A DNA stretch of 61,957 nt from positions 1 through 61,957 of the forward strand of contig WFOE01000107.1 of assembly GCA_015488215.1 (NCBI GenBank), in the 5' to 3' direction. Numbering within the stretch: position 1 is the first letter of the stretch; each line of letters begins with the position of its first letter. Below are positions 10,331 through 20,963 of the stretch, piece after piece. This stretch comes from Planctomycetales bacterium. GTDB taxonomy: Bacteria; Planctomycetota; Planctomycetia; Pirellulales; S012-138. The notes under the pieces were generated by a model, which was given only the letters and a program-made list of their open reading frames with translations, was not told where the DNA came from and searched no databases. The translations under genes and the position numbers were made by a program.

Positions 10331-10664
10331 GCACTTTTCCCCCATCAGTCGCCCGAAGCAGCGGGCCCCAGCCCGTGGAACCGGCAAGTGGAAGCTGTTG
10401 CTTTCCGCCGGGCCTTCCGGCACGCCTGGCTTCCCTTGCTGCTGAGGCAAACTTGTGAAACGGTAAAAACTGCAATACCATGAAGGGGGCATTAGGACAG
10501 GGGCGAGGCCTTTCCCGAAAAGCCGCCAGCGGCGGGCATGCTCCCGCAAATCGGGTCAGGGAGCCGTTCTGGTGCCGTTTCGGGAACTGCCACAAGGGGC
10601 TGTCTCAAACGAAAAACCAAAAAACAACGCACCGATCCAAAGCTAGTCGAAAAAGGATGTGCCA

Positions 10665-11630
10665 ATGGCGGATCGTCCTTTGGCCTCGGTCACCGAGGAG
10701 CTGACCGGCTGGGCCTCGGCTCTGGAAAACAACATCGCCACTGTGGTCTGCGGCAAACGGGACGTCATCCGCAAATGTCTTGTCGCCTTGTTGGCGGGTG
10801 AGCACGTGCTTCTGGAAGACGTGCCGGGAGTGGGAAAAACGCTGCTGGCCCAATCTCTGGCCCGGAGCATCCACGCCCAGTTCAGTCGGATTCAGTTCAC
10901 GCCCGACCTGCTTCCCAGCGACATTGTGGGCAGCAGCGTTTTCAACCGGCAGACCAGCGAGTTTGTCTATTCGCCCGGCCCGGTGTTTGCCCACATCGTG
11001 CTGGCCGACGAGATCAATCGGGCTCCGCCCCGGACGCAAAGCGCCCTGTTGGAAGCGATGAACGAACAGCAGGTGACCGTGGACGGAATTACCCGTCCGC
11101 TTCCGCGCCCCTTTATGGTCATCGCCACGCAGAACCCGTTCGAGTTCGAAGGGACCTATCCTCTGCCGGAAAGCCAGTTGGACCGGTTTCTTTTGCGCAC
11201 CGAGATGGGGTACCCGGCCCGGGAAGACGAACGGCAAATCTTGCAGCGGCACCGGCAAGGGCCTCCCATCGAGCAACTGAAACCGGTGCTGGACTGCGAC
11301 CAGGTGGTCCGGCTTCAGCAGGCGGTGCGGGAAGTGAAAGTGGACGAGGGGATCTACGACTACTTGTTGGACATCGCCGCAGCCACCAGGAACTGCGAGG
11401 AGCTGCACGCCGGCGTCAGCCCACGCGGCGTGCTGGCCCTGTACCGCGCTGCGCAAGCCTTGGCGTTTCTGAACCACCGCGACTACGTGATTCCCGACGA
11501 CGTGAAGCAGTTGGCCGTGTCGGTGCTGGCCCATCGCGTCATTCCGCGTTCCTTCGGCGCGGAGGCGAGCCGAAAAATGGTCGAAGAGCTGATTCAACGA
11601 ATCCTGGAGGAGGTGCCCAGTCCCACTTGA
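10665..11630 (+). CDS. moxR: MoxR family AAA+ ATPase
   Basis: HVLLEDVPGVGKT (Walker A), RIQFTPDLLPSD, LADEINRAPPRTQSALLEAM, ATQNP, LPESQLDRF. Confidence 0.95.
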   Translation: MADRPLASVTEELTGWASALENNIATVVCGKRDVIRKCLVALLAGEHVLLEDVPGVGKTLLAQSLARSIHAQFSRIQFTPDLLPSDIVGSSVFNRQTSEFVYSPGPVFAHIVLADEINRAPPRTQSALLEAMNEQQVTVDGITRPLPRPFMVIATQNPFEFEGTYPLPESQLDRFLLRTEMGYPAREDERQILQRHRQGPPIEQLKPVLDCDQVVRLQQAVREVKVDEGIYDYLLDIAAATRNCEELHAGVSPRGVLALYRAAQALAFLNHRDYVIPDDVKQLAVSVLAHRVIPRSFGAEASRKMVEELIQRILEEVPSPT

Positions 11631-11700
11631 CAGAGTGAGCGCTTGCGACTGGGCAGGTGGCAAAGCGGACCGCAACGGTCGAAACCTTGAGGGAAGTTCC

Positions 11701-12951
11701 ATGTCAGCGCCCCGTTCACACCTTACGCCGATCGGCTGGTACTACTTGGTGTTGCTGTTGTGCATTCTGGCCGGGGCGATCTTGCAGCAGTTGAACCTGC
11801 TGATGCTGTTGTTTTCCTGCATGGTGTTTCCGTTGTTCTGGAACTGGCGGGTGAGTCGGCGTTCGGTGGCGGGGATTCGTGCTCAAAGGGACGTTCCCCA
11901 CCGCCTCGACGCCGGCACGACGTGTCGGACCAGCGTGCGGCTGCACAATTCCCGCCGCAGGGGAAGATGTTGGTCGATTCTGGTGCGCAACCGTCTGGTG
12001 CGGTTGGCACCGCGGCCAGCCGAACAGGTGGCCGTGGCTTGGGCTCCGCAGGTGCCCCCCCAGGAGGCCGTGAGAGCTTCCTCCCCTCCCTGGCGGTTGC
12101 CCCGCGGAATCTACCAGTGGCAGACGCTCCAGGTGGAAAGCTCTTTTCCGCTGGGGCTGGTTTCCAGCACGGTCAGTTACGAAGTCCATGAGCCGATGGT
12201 GGTGTTTCCGGCCCTGGGCCAGTTGACCCAGGCCTGGCGCACGCGGGGGGGACAGCAAGCTCGGCACGCCGGCGGTTCTCGGCGGTGGCAGAGTCCGCTG
12301 GAGGGAGAGTTTTTCGCGTTGCGGGATTTCCGGCCGGGAGACAATCGCCGCTGGATCCACTGGCGCAGCTCGGCCCGTCGGCAGGAGTTCGTCGTCCGGC
12401 AGTTCGAAGCGGCCGCTGCCCGAGGACTGTGTCTCGTGGTGGACTTGTGGACCCCGGAACCTGCGCCGCCGGACGGCTCCCCGGCGTGGGAACAAACGCT
12501 GGAGGACCTGCTCAGTTTTGCAGCCACGGTGCTGGAAGATCAGCATCGGCGGAGCGGCTCCGGGCTGCGGATGATTCTGGCTGCCGGCAAGCTGCAGCAA
12601 GCGGCCGGCCCGGCCCGGTCCGAAACGCTCTGGCAAGCCCTGGAGCTGCTGGCCGGAGCCTGGCCTTCGGCGGGAGACCCGCTGCGGCGAGCCACCTTGC
12701 CGGAAATCCGCAGCGCAAATGGCCACGAGGAACTGGTGGTCGTTTCCCTGGCTCCAGCCCGGATGCGCCGAAGCATGCTGCCCTGGCTAAGCCAGGGGGG
12801 AGGGGGTCCCTTGTGGGTGGACCCTGAAACGTTGCCTCGATTTTTCCAGTCGCCTCGGGAGATTCGGGAACCATCCCCCGAGTCGATTCCCTCCGCCGAG
12901 CAAAAGACAGCGCTTGTTCCGGCCATTTCATCCGGAGACGGAGCAGCATGA
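11701..12951 (+). CDS. DUF58 domain membrane protein (MoxR partner)
   Basis: N-terminal TMs; EFFALRDFRPGDNRRWIHWRSSAR...VRQFE signature; directly follows moxR. Confidence 0.88.
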   Translation: MSAPRSHLTPIGWYYLVLLLCILAGAILQQLNLLMLLFSCMVFPLFWNWRVSRRSVAGIRAQRDVPHRLDAGTTCRTSVRLHNSRRRGRCWSILVRNRLVRLAPRPAEQVAVAWAPQVPPQEAVRASSPPWRLPRGIYQWQTLQVESSFPLGLVSSTVSYEVHEPMVVFPALGQLTQAWRTRGGQQARHAGGSRRWQSPLEGEFFALRDFRPGDNRRWIHWRSSARRQEFVVRQFEAAAARGLCLVVDLWTPEPAPPDGSPAWEQTLEDLLSFAATVLEDQHRRSGSGLRMILAAGKLQQAAGPARSETLWQALELLAGAWPSAGDPLRRATLPEIRSANGHEELVVVSLAPARMRRSMLPWLSQGGGGPLWVDPETLPRFFQSPREIREPSPESIPSAEQKTALVPAISSGDGAA

Positions 12952-15194
12952 ACCTGCTTTTTGCGTTCCGCCTGGGTGTAGCCCTGATGGCCTGCCTGGG
13001 AGCACTGGCCCTGGGTACCGGCGAAAGCCCGTCTCGAGCGGTTCTGGTCACCATTCCCGTGTGCTTGGCCTCACTTTACCTTTGCGATGCGAAGCGGTAC
13101 CTGGTACTCGGCACAGGGGTGGCCAACGTGCTGGGCGTAGTGGCCATGTTTGCCGTTCTGAGGAACTTTCATCGGCTGGATCAGGACTTGCAACTCGTCG
13201 CTCTGGCCTACTTGTTAGTGGCCTTGCAGTGCATCTTGTTCTACCGTCCCAAAACACGCCGGCTGTACTGGATGCTGATCCTACTCAGTCTGGTGGAGTT
13301 TCAGGTTGCTTCCATCGTTCATGAGTCGATGCTGTTCGGCGGGCTGATTGTGGCCTACCTGGGCGTGGGGGTTGCGGTGCTGTGCATGTTTCACCTGATC
13401 GGCTGCCAGCAAGAAGCCGGATGGATGCCGGCGAGGTTCTGGCCTGCCTCGGCCCCTCAAGCCCCCCAGCAGGGTCGCTCTCCGGAATGTCGAACCAACC
13501 TGACTTGCCGACGAATCTTTCCCGCAACGATCCCGCATTTGCTGGGACTGGTTCTGGCAAGCCTGGCGACGGCTCCCCTGGTGTTTCTGCTGATGCCTCG
13601 CCACGATCTAAATCCCGTCTCGTGGCGTCCTGAGCGCACTCCTATGGGAGTTCCCGTCACCGGGTTCGGAGCCCAAGTTCGTTTGGGCGAGATCGGCCAG
13701 ATCATCCAGAACTCGCGGGAAGTGGCACGTATTCGTTTTGTCAATGCTACGACAGGACAACTCTATGAGTTGTCCGAGCCACCGTTACTGCAAGGGGTGA
13801 CCCTGTGGAACTATTACCGGGGAAACTGGTCGGCCCCGGGAATCTCGCCCACCCGTTCCAGGCAGGTGCCACCGCTAACAGGGACTTCCCGCGATGTGGT
13901 GCTGGTACAGATCCATCTCGAGCCGATGGTCAACTCGACCGTCGTCTTTTCTCCCCAACCGGCTTTCTGGGCGCCGGGCAACAAAGAACAGGTTTTCTAC
14001 GATCCGCTGCGAGGAGCCCTATTCCGGCGTGTGGAGGACGCGGACCGGGAGTTTCAGTGCCGGTTGTTCACCACGGCGTTTCGCCAAGGAAAGCTGCGAC
14101 GTTGTATTCCAGCCCACCCCCTCTCCCTGGGCCAGATGCGACGCTTGCTGCAACTGCCCCCGGGGAACAACTCCCTGGCCGGCGTGAAGCAGCTTGTTGC
14201 CCAGATTACCGAGCCGTTCGACGCGGAAGATTGGGTCGGGCGGGCGCGCGCCCTGGAAGCGTTCCTGAAAGACTCCGGCCGTTTCGCCTACACGCTCCAC
14301 CCGCCTGCACGGAATCCGGCCGTGGACCCAATCGAAGACTTTCTCTTGCGGCAACGGGCCGGACACTGCGAGTATTTCGCTTCGGCACTGGTATTGATGC
14401 TCCGGGCTGGCGGCATTCCGGCTCGCCTGGTCGTTGGGTTCAAGCCTTCGGAGTTCAACTCCGTGGGCGGCTACTACATCGTCCGGCAACAAGATGCCCA
14501 CACCTGGGTGCAAGCCTACATTCCCGGCGAGAAATTGCCCCGCGATATGGCCGCCGAGCTTCCGCCGGGTGCCTCGGGCGGCTGGCTCGTTCTGGATCCC
14601 ACGCCCGCCAGCGGGGAACAGCAGGTCGCCAACTCGTTCAATTGGAGTTCGCTGCTCAGCTTTGTACGCATGGCCTGGAACCAGTACATCGTCCGGATGG
14701 ACGCCAAACGGCAGCAGAATTTTCTGCTGGACCTGTTCGTCCACCGGGAAATTACCCCGGAAGGAACGAAATTTCGCCCCACGGTGGTTTCCCTTGTTCT
14801 GATGGGATTGGTTCTGTTCGGCGTGGTGTTCCGACTGGCTGGCCGGTGGAGAATCATCGGCAAGTTTGCTTCTGCATGGGGGTCGGTCCGGTCGAAACGG
14901 AGCCAACGTTCCACCCCGTCGTTTTATGAACGCCTGGAGCGTGTGCTGGCCCGGCGGCTGCAACTGCGGCGGGAAACGTCGCAGACTCCCCGTGAGTTTG
15001 CCCAACAAGCGGCCAGGCAGCTTCGCCAGGTGTTTCCGCAAAACGGCCTGGCCGACGTTCCCCGGCTGGTGGTCGAGCGTTACTATCAGGTCCGCTTCGG
15101 CCACCGTCCGTTGAGCGACCAGGAAAATCAACGCATGGAAGAACTCGTCTCCCGGCTGGACCTGGCGCTGCAAAACGGCAACGGAAACGCGTGA
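12948..15194 (+). CDS. Transglutaminase-like membrane protein (TgpA/DUF3488 + TGc + DUF4129)
   Basis: Multi-TM N-terminus; catalytic GHCEYFAS, DAHTWV and LDPTP; C-terminal TPREFA...YYQVRFG; ATGA overlap with the DUF58 gene. Confidence 0.9.
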   Translation: MNLLFAFRLGVALMACLGALALGTGESPSRAVLVTIPVCLASLYLCDAKRYLVLGTGVANVLGVVAMFAVLRNFHRLDQDLQLVALAYLLVALQCILFYRPKTRRLYWMLILLSLVEFQVASIVHESMLFGGLIVAYLGVGVAVLCMFHLIGCQQEAGWMPARFWPASAPQAPQQGRSPECRTNLTCRRIFPATIPHLLGLVLASLATAPLVFLLMPRHDLNPVSWRPERTPMGVPVTGFGAQVRLGEIGQIIQNSREVARIRFVNATTGQLYELSEPPLLQGVTLWNYYRGNWSAPGISPTRSRQVPPLTGTSRDVVLVQIHLEPMVNSTVVFSPQPAFWAPGNKEQVFYDPLRGALFRRVEDADREFQCRLFTTAFRQGKLRRCIPAHPLSLGQMRRLLQLPPGNNSLAGVKQLVAQITEPFDAEDWVGRARALEAFLKDSGRFAYTLHPPARNPAVDPIEDFLLRQRAGHCEYFASALVLMLRAGGIPARLVVGFKPSEFNSVGGYYIVRQQDAHTWVQAYIPGEKLPRDMAAELPPGASGGWLVLDPTPASGEQQVANSFNWSSLLSFVRMAWNQYIVRMDAKRQQNFLLDLFVHREITPEGTKFRPTVVSLVLMGLVLFGVVFRLAGRWRIIGKFASAWGSVRSKRSQRSTPSFYERLERVLARRLQLRRETSQTPREFAQQAARQLRQVFPQNGLADVPRLVVERYYQVRFGHRPLSDQENQRMEELVSRLDLALQNGNGNA

Positions 15195-15260
15195 TGCGGT
15201 TTCCGCTGTTTGTGAGGGTGGCTGCTTGGAGCACGGGGCCAGTGTTTCTCCGTCCGGCGT

Positions 15261-15698
15261 TCAATCCTCCGGCGGGCCTGCCGGACGGATGGGCACGGGC
15301 CGCCGCGGCCAGGATTCCAGATCGACGGCCACGTAGGTGATTTGGGCCTGGGTTACCACGAGCGTTTTCCCCTCCCGTTCCGTTTCGACGCTCACGCGAA
15401 CCGTAATCGAGGTTCTGCCCACGCGGATCACGTTCGTCCAGAAACTGACCACGTCGCCTACTAGCACCGCGTGGTGGAACTCCACCTGGTTCATGGCCAC
15501 GGTAACCAGCGGGGGAACCGGCCAGCCAGCTTGGGCCAGGGCGTGGGCTGCCCCGATCACGCCCGCCTGGTCGATATGGCTCAGCAGCACTCCGCCGAAG
15601 ATTGTTCCGTGAACGTTGGTGTCCTTGGGCATCATCATCACCCGCAGCGCCAGGTGCCGTTGGGCCATGGTTTCCGGCAACCGAGTAGTTTGACTCAT
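15261..15698 (-). CDS. Acyl-CoA thioesterase (hotdog fold, YciA-like)
   Basis: MMPKDTNVHGTIFGGVLLSHIDQAG, VGRTSITVRV, TYVAVD. Confidence 0.92.
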   Translation of the reverse strand: MSQTTRLPETMAQRHLALRVMMMPKDTNVHGTIFGGVLLSHIDQAGVIGAAHALAQAGWPVPPLVTVAMNQVEFHHAVLVGDVVSFWTNVIRVGRTSITVRVSVETEREGKTLVVTQAQITYVAVDLESWPRRPVPIRPAGPPED

Positions 15699-15998
15699 GG
15701 CAAGCGCTCCGCGGAGAGTTGCTGGATGAACGAGAAATAGAGAAATAGACCGCCGCTCCCTTTGTACCACACCCAATCGACCAGGGAGGAGGACCTTTGC
15801 CGGGAAAGAAAAGAGGGGCTCGCTCCAGCAGCGAGGGTCAGATTCGCAAACGTCGATGCCCATCGAGCTGCGCGGACGCAGCCTCCCAGCGCTGCTTTAA
15901 CTTCCCGCTGCGTTTGGTTCTGGGGACAGCTCGGGCGCGTGCGTTCCGCTGCAGGAACAAACGCCGCATCGGGCGCGCAAGCCCCCGCCCACAAGCGG

Positions 15999-17027
15999 CT
16001 AGGATTGCACGTCCTGGGGGCGAATACCGGCCAGGTCCTCGATTACTTTCTGCAACCCGAAGACCACACGAGCCAGCCGGTCCAGGTCCACTTTGTCGAT
16101 GGTGTCCTGGGGCGTGTGATAGTACGGGTAACGGAACGGAGCCGTGTCGGTAACCATCAGCGCCGGATAGCCGTGCTGCCAGAAAGACCAGTGATCGGAC
16201 CAGCCCACCCCGGAGATTGCTTCCGGAAGCGCCGCCGCTTCGGACGGGATGCGCCCATAGCGGCGGAACGTGCCCACGACCCGGGCCACCAGACTGCGGG
16301 AGCGCAGATTGCCCACAAAGCCGATGAAATTGCCTCGGGAAGGATAAAACAAGCTGAACGGCGGCGGATACTGCTGCGTGCCGGGTTCGTCCCGGTAGTA
16401 GCCCATCGTTTCCAGACTGAGCATGGCCACGATGTTCTCCTGGCGCTGGCGGCAGCGGCGGGCATAGCGGAACGAACCCATCGCTTCGGTGGAAAAATAC
16501 GGGGGTTCCTCGTTCACAAACAGAACGAACCGCAGCGTGCGGGCCGGCCGGGCTCGCCGGAACTGCTCGGCCAGAGCCAGCAGGGCGACCACGCCGGTGC
16601 CGTTGTCGTTGGCCGCCGGACAGCCAGGAACGGAATCATAATGGGCCCCCACCACCACGATCTGGTCCGGCTCATCGGTGCCGGGCAGCTCCACTTCCAG
16701 ATTTCGGCAGGCGACCCCGTCCACCTGGAACTCCTGCGGCTGCACCCGGTAGCCCATCTGTTCCAATTGCTGTTGGAGATACCCCGCCTGTTCCAAGGTT
16801 TCCGGTTCCTGGGTGCTGCGAGGGCCAATCTGCTCGGCCAGCACCTTCAGATGGCGTTCCATCCGCTGCCGGTAGCGGAGCTCCTGCTCGTTCAGCGGCG
16901 GCAACGGTCCTTGGAAGCTTTTGCCCGGAAAAAACATGGTGTACCACCCGCAACCGAACACCAGCAGGACAAGCGACCCGTACACGGCCAGCCGGAGGCG
17001 CCATCGCCGAGGTTTTCTGGGGGCCAA
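15999..17027 (-). CDS. M28 family peptidase (aminopeptidase)
   Basis: GAHYDS, ANDNGTG, NEEPP, SDHWSF and YHTPQD zinc ligands; N-terminal TM; start approximate (TTG). Confidence 0.88.
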   Translation of the reverse strand: MAPRKPRRWRLRLAVYGSLVLLVFGCGWYTMFFPGKSFQGPLPPLNEQELRYRQRMERHLKVLAEQIGPRSTQEPETLEQAGYLQQQLEQMGYRVQPQEFQVDGVACRNLEVELPGTDEPDQIVVVGAHYDSVPGCPAANDNGTGVVALLALAEQFRRARPARTLRFVLFVNEEPPYFSTEAMGSFRYARRCRQRQENIVAMLSLETMGYYRDEPGTQQYPPPFSLFYPSRGNFIGFVGNLRSRSLVARVVGTFRRYGRIPSEAAALPEAISGVGWSDHWSFWQHGYPALMVTDTAPFRYPYYHTPQDTIDKVDLDRLARVVFGLQKVIEDLAGIRPQDVQS

Positions 17028-17029
17028 GG

Positions 17030-18199
17030 TTACGATTCCCTGGAGGCAGCCGAACGGGGTTGCGTTCCTCCGCCACCGAGCAGAATGGCGGCCCAGCGCG
17101 TCTCGGGAAACTCGTACAGGTAGGTTTTCAGGATCGTGGTCAACGGCACCGAAAGCAACATCCCCACTGGGCCCAGCACCCAGCCCCAGAACACCAGCGA
17201 CAGAAACACCACCAGGGGGGAAAGTTCGAGCTTGTCGCCCAACAGCTTCGGTTCCACGGCGTAGCCAATCACTCCGTTGATGACCACGTAGCCAATCGCG
17301 GCATACAGGGCCACCTGGGGCCCCGGGTCGATAAGCGCCAGAGCCAACGCCGGCACCGCCGCCAGCACCGAGCCGATGTTGGGCACAAAATTGAACAAAA
17401 AGGCCAGGATGCCCCAGAGCAACGGATAATCCACATCCAGCACCCAGAGCCACAGCCAGACCAGCAGGCCGGTGGCCAGACTCAACAGGGTTTTGGTCGA
17501 AATGTAGCCTCGGATGTCTTGGCTCACCTTTTGCAACGCCTGCAGGCTTTTTTCCTGCCCGTGGGCGATTTGCAGGAGCTTGTCGGGAAAAGTGGAGGCT
17601 TCCAGCAGCATGAAGACTAGAATCACCAGCACCAGCAGCGTGTTGCTCAGCACACTGCCCAGGCTGGCAAGCATTCCGGCCAGCAGTTGCAGCCATCGCT
17701 GGGGCTGGACGGCTTGTTGGGCAAAGTTGTCGGGAAGGTTCACGTGGTGTTCTTCCAGCCAGGCGAAGAGCTGCTGTTTGTATTCGGCCAGCCGGTCCAG
17801 GTAGCCGCCGGGACGCTGCATGTTCCGGACGAAATGGTCGATGGAACTGGTGGCTACGGTGACCAGGAAAACCAGCACGCCGGTTACGATGACCACCACC
17901 AGCAGCAGCGCCAGCCAGGCAGGCAGGCCGCGTTCCTGCAACCAGTGCAGCGGCGGCGTGCACAAGATGGCCAGGAAGGCGGCAAACAGAAACGGGGCCA
18001 GGATTCCCTGCGCGTGTTGCAGCCCGGCCACCAACACCACCACGGCGGCCGCCCCGAGCAGAAAATGCAACACCCGGGGAGTGGAGTCGGCCCGAGCCGG
18101 ATCGGCCGCCCCCTGGCCGATGGGGGAGCCTTCCGGAACAGGGGACGAGGAACTTGTCGCCTCGGGCGTAGGTGCCGATTGCGAGTCGCCGCTTCCCAT
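17030..18199 (-). CDS. AI-2E family transporter
   Basis: Multi-TM; LAFLFNFVPNIGS, EPKLLG...LSPLVVFLSLVFWGWVLGPVGMLLSVPLT. Confidence 0.92.
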   Translation of the reverse strand: MGSGDSQSAPTPEATSSSSPVPEGSPIGQGAADPARADSTPRVLHFLLGAAAVVVLVAGLQHAQGILAPFLFAAFLAILCTPPLHWLQERGLPAWLALLLVVVIVTGVLVFLVTVATSSIDHFVRNMQRPGGYLDRLAEYKQQLFAWLEEHHVNLPDNFAQQAVQPQRWLQLLAGMLASLGSVLSNTLLVLVILVFMLLEASTFPDKLLQIAHGQEKSLQALQKVSQDIRGYISTKTLLSLATGLLVWLWLWVLDVDYPLLWGILAFLFNFVPNIGSVLAAVPALALALIDPGPQVALYAAIGYVVINGVIGYAVEPKLLGDKLELSPLVVFLSLVFWGWVLGPVGMLLSVPLTTILKTYLYEFPETRWAAILLGGGGTQPRSAASRES

Positions 18200-18519
18200 G
18201 GCATCCTCCGCAAGCGTTCGCCCCAAGAGTCGTTCTGTTTTCTAGCGAAAAGCGGTGCCGCTGGCAAATCGCACCGGGCCGAACGGTTGCCGGTTTCGCC
18301 TTTGCCGGCCAAAAGCGGCAAGAGCCGTTTTCCGCCCCGGCGGCGAGCCAGTGTCTGCATGTGGCACCGAAGCCGTTGCTTGACAACCCCCAGGGTGGCT
18401 TTCAGCATGAACCCAACCGGTTGCCGTTTTCTGCGGCGTTCGGCTGCTTGGCTTGCTCGGGCTTTTCCGGCCGCGGGCAGGTTCGTTTCCCCGCCCGTTT
18501 TACCACAAGGAACGCTTCG

Positions 18520-20733
18520 ATGACGCATCGCGTTTGCTCCCCTGGGAACTTTCCGCGGCGATGGATGTTGGTGGTTTGGGTTCTTTTGCTCGTGGGACTT
18601 GGCCCCGGGGGGCTTGCTTCGCGACCGGTCCTGGCCCAGCCGAAGCTGGAGTTTCCCGTCACCGCCCGGCGGGTGCTGTTCCTGGGTGATTCGATTACCC
18701 ATGCCAGCCTGTACGTGGCCTGGATCGACATGCAGTTGCGGCTCCAGGGGGCGGACCCGCTGCCGGAAGTGATTTCGCTGGGACTGAGCAGCGAAACCTG
18801 CTGCGGGCTGAGCGAGCCGGGCCACCCTTTCCCCCGGCCCAACGTGCACGAACGACTGGAACGAGCCCTGCGGCTCATCCGGCCCGACGTCGTGGTGGCC
18901 TGCTACGGGATGAACGACGGCATCTATCACCCGTTTTCGCCCAAGCGGTTTGCCGCCTACCAGCGGGGAATTCGCCAGTTGGTGGAAAAGGTCCACCAGA
19001 GTGGCGCCAAGGTGGTGCTGCTGACTCCTCCGCCGTTTGATCCCCAGCCGCTGCGGGCCAAGGGAGTGCTCAAGTCCGGCAAGGCCGGACCGCACGGCTA
19101 CCGGGGCATCTATGCCGACTACGACCAGGTGCTGGCCCGGTACGCCCGCTGGATTCTCCGCGGCGACCACGGAGCCGATTTGGTGGTGGATCTGCGCACG
19201 CCCTTGCTGGAGGAAGTCCGCCAGCAACGGAAAAAGAACCCGCAGTTCACCCTCTCGCCGGATGGGATTCATCCCAACGAGCAGGGACACCGCATCATGG
19301 CCGGGGCGGTGCTACGGGCCTGGGGCGTGGCCACCGAAATGGAACCCCCGCCGGGGCTCTGGCCCCTGGTGAAACAACGCACGCGGATGCTTCATGCCGC
19401 CTATTTGAGCGCCGTGGGACACAAACACCCGAGAATCAAGCCGGGGCTGCCGCTTGAAGAAGCCCTGGCCCGAGCCCGAAAACTGGACGAGCAAATCGCC
19501 CGACTCGTGGCCCAGGCCCGGCAAGTGCAAACCGGCAGCCGCCGCAGCTACGAAGGAACCATCTACCAGGTGCATTACCCGCCCACGCTTCGCCCGGGCC
19601 ACTTGCGTCTGGCGGTGGACTATTACGTGTGGATTCCCGACGGGGTGAAGCGCCTGCGTGGCGTGGTGGTGCACCAGCACGGATGCGGCCCGGGAGCGTC
19701 GCTGGGCGGACGCACGGCGGCCGACGACCTGCACTGGCAGGCCCTGGCCCGGCGTTGGGACTGTGCTCTCATGGGTTCCAGCTACGAGCCGCGCCGAGGG
19801 CTGAACTGCCGCCTGTGGTGCGACCCGCGGCAAGGCTCGGCCCGGCGGTTCCTCCAGGCCCTGGAAGACCTGGCCCGACAAAGCAAACACCCAGAACTGG
19901 CCCAGGTGCCCTGGTGTCTTTGGGGGCACTCGGGCGGGGCGTTCTGGTCCAGCTTGATGCAAACGCTTTACCCGCGGCGGATCGTGGCCATCTGGTTCCG
20001 GTCCGGCTCGGCGTATCTGGCCTGGGAAAAGGGGCAGATTCCCCGGCCCACGATCACCCCGGAGGCCCTAGCCGTGCCGATGATGGCCAACCCCGGAGCC
20101 AAGGAAAAAGACCACCGCCGGTTCCGCGGTGCCTGGGAAGGGCTTCGGGCCATGCGGGAGGAGTATTTGAAACGGGGAGCGGCGTTTTTCGGCTGGGCCC
20201 CCGACCCCCATTCGGCCCACGAATGCGGCGATTCCCGCTATCTGGCCATTCCGTATTTCGATTTCTGGCTCGCGCGGCGATTGCCCCGGCAGGAGGGCCA
20301 ACCGCTGCAAAAGGTAACGGCCGAGCACCTGCAACAATGGCAACGGCTGGTGGAACCCAAGCGGCAACAGTACGTCAAAGACGCCCGTGTGGCCGACGAC
20401 ACCCCACCACCAGCCCCGCTGTGGGTCAAGGCGAGACGCACGGCCGACGGGTCCGTGAAAATCACCTGGCTGGCCCGGGCCGACCTGGAAAGCGGATTGC
20501 GGCAGTTCGTCGTCCTGCGCGACGGCAAGCCTGTGGCCCGCGTGCCCGAAAAACCCCGCAATCGCTACGGGAGGCCGGTCTTCCAGGGGCTTTCCTATCA
20601 CGATACGCCCGAGCCGCCTTGGCCTCCGATGCAGTATGTGGACACCGATGCCCCGGCCGGGAAGATGCCCCGCTACGGCGTGCAGACGGTCAACACGCTA
20701 GGAGCGGTCTCGCCGGTGCGGGAGGCTCGTTGA
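18520..20733 (+). CDS. Secreted SGNH/GDSL hydrolase fused to an alpha/beta-hydrolase domain
   Basis: Signal peptide; FLGDSIT, GMND and DGIHP (SGNH), then HQHGCG and WGHSGGA (GxSxG) plus HECG; FN3-like tail. Confidence 0.85.
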   Translation: MTHRVCSPGNFPRRWMLVVWVLLLVGLGPGGLASRPVLAQPKLEFPVTARRVLFLGDSITHASLYVAWIDMQLRLQGADPLPEVISLGLSSETCCGLSEPGHPFPRPNVHERLERALRLIRPDVVVACYGMNDGIYHPFSPKRFAAYQRGIRQLVEKVHQSGAKVVLLTPPPFDPQPLRAKGVLKSGKAGPHGYRGIYADYDQVLARYARWILRGDHGADLVVDLRTPLLEEVRQQRKKNPQFTLSPDGIHPNEQGHRIMAGAVLRAWGVATEMEPPPGLWPLVKQRTRMLHAAYLSAVGHKHPRIKPGLPLEEALARARKLDEQIARLVAQARQVQTGSRRSYEGTIYQVHYPPTLRPGHLRLAVDYYVWIPDGVKRLRGVVVHQHGCGPGASLGGRTAADDLHWQALARRWDCALMGSSYEPRRGLNCRLWCDPRQGSARRFLQALEDLARQSKHPELAQVPWCLWGHSGGAFWSSLMQTLYPRRIVAIWFRSGSAYLAWEKGQIPRPTITPEALAVPMMANPGAKEKDHRRFRGAWEGLRAMREEYLKRGAAFFGWAPDPHSAHECGDSRYLAIPYFDFWLARRLPRQEGQPLQKVTAEHLQQWQRLVEPKRQQYVKDARVADDTPPPAPLWVKARRTADGSVKITWLARADLESGLRQFVVLRDGKPVARVPEKPRNRYGRPVFQGLSYHDTPEPPWPPMQYVDTDAPAGKMPRYGVQTVNTLGAVSPVREAR

Positions 20734-20963
20734 CGCGTCGGCCACATTTGGCCTCCAGCGTGCGGCGAAACCTGCCGCCCACTTGGATAAACGCCGCCGG
20801 TCGGTCACACTGAAGGCAAACGCCACCGCCGCGGTTCCAGATGGCAGGGGGGAGCACCCGGTTGGGCCTGGGCTACTGAATCTCGGATGCCCCGGCCCGT
20901 TCCAAGCCCGTCGGCGACCGGCCTCCGGACTGGTCCGACTTCAGCAAACCAGGAGCCCCAGCC

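Noticed and set aside
15720-15998. Possible tmRNA or other ncRNA (GCAAAC... tag-like start) in a 280-bp gap
   Set aside because: No tRNA-like 5' or 3' ends, and the tag frame does not end in an ALAA-type stop.
15999-18386. 795-aa ORF apparently extending the M28 peptidase
   Set aside because: The upstream part is an alternate frame over the AI-2E transporter gene; the peptidase homology and its TM anchor begin near 17027.
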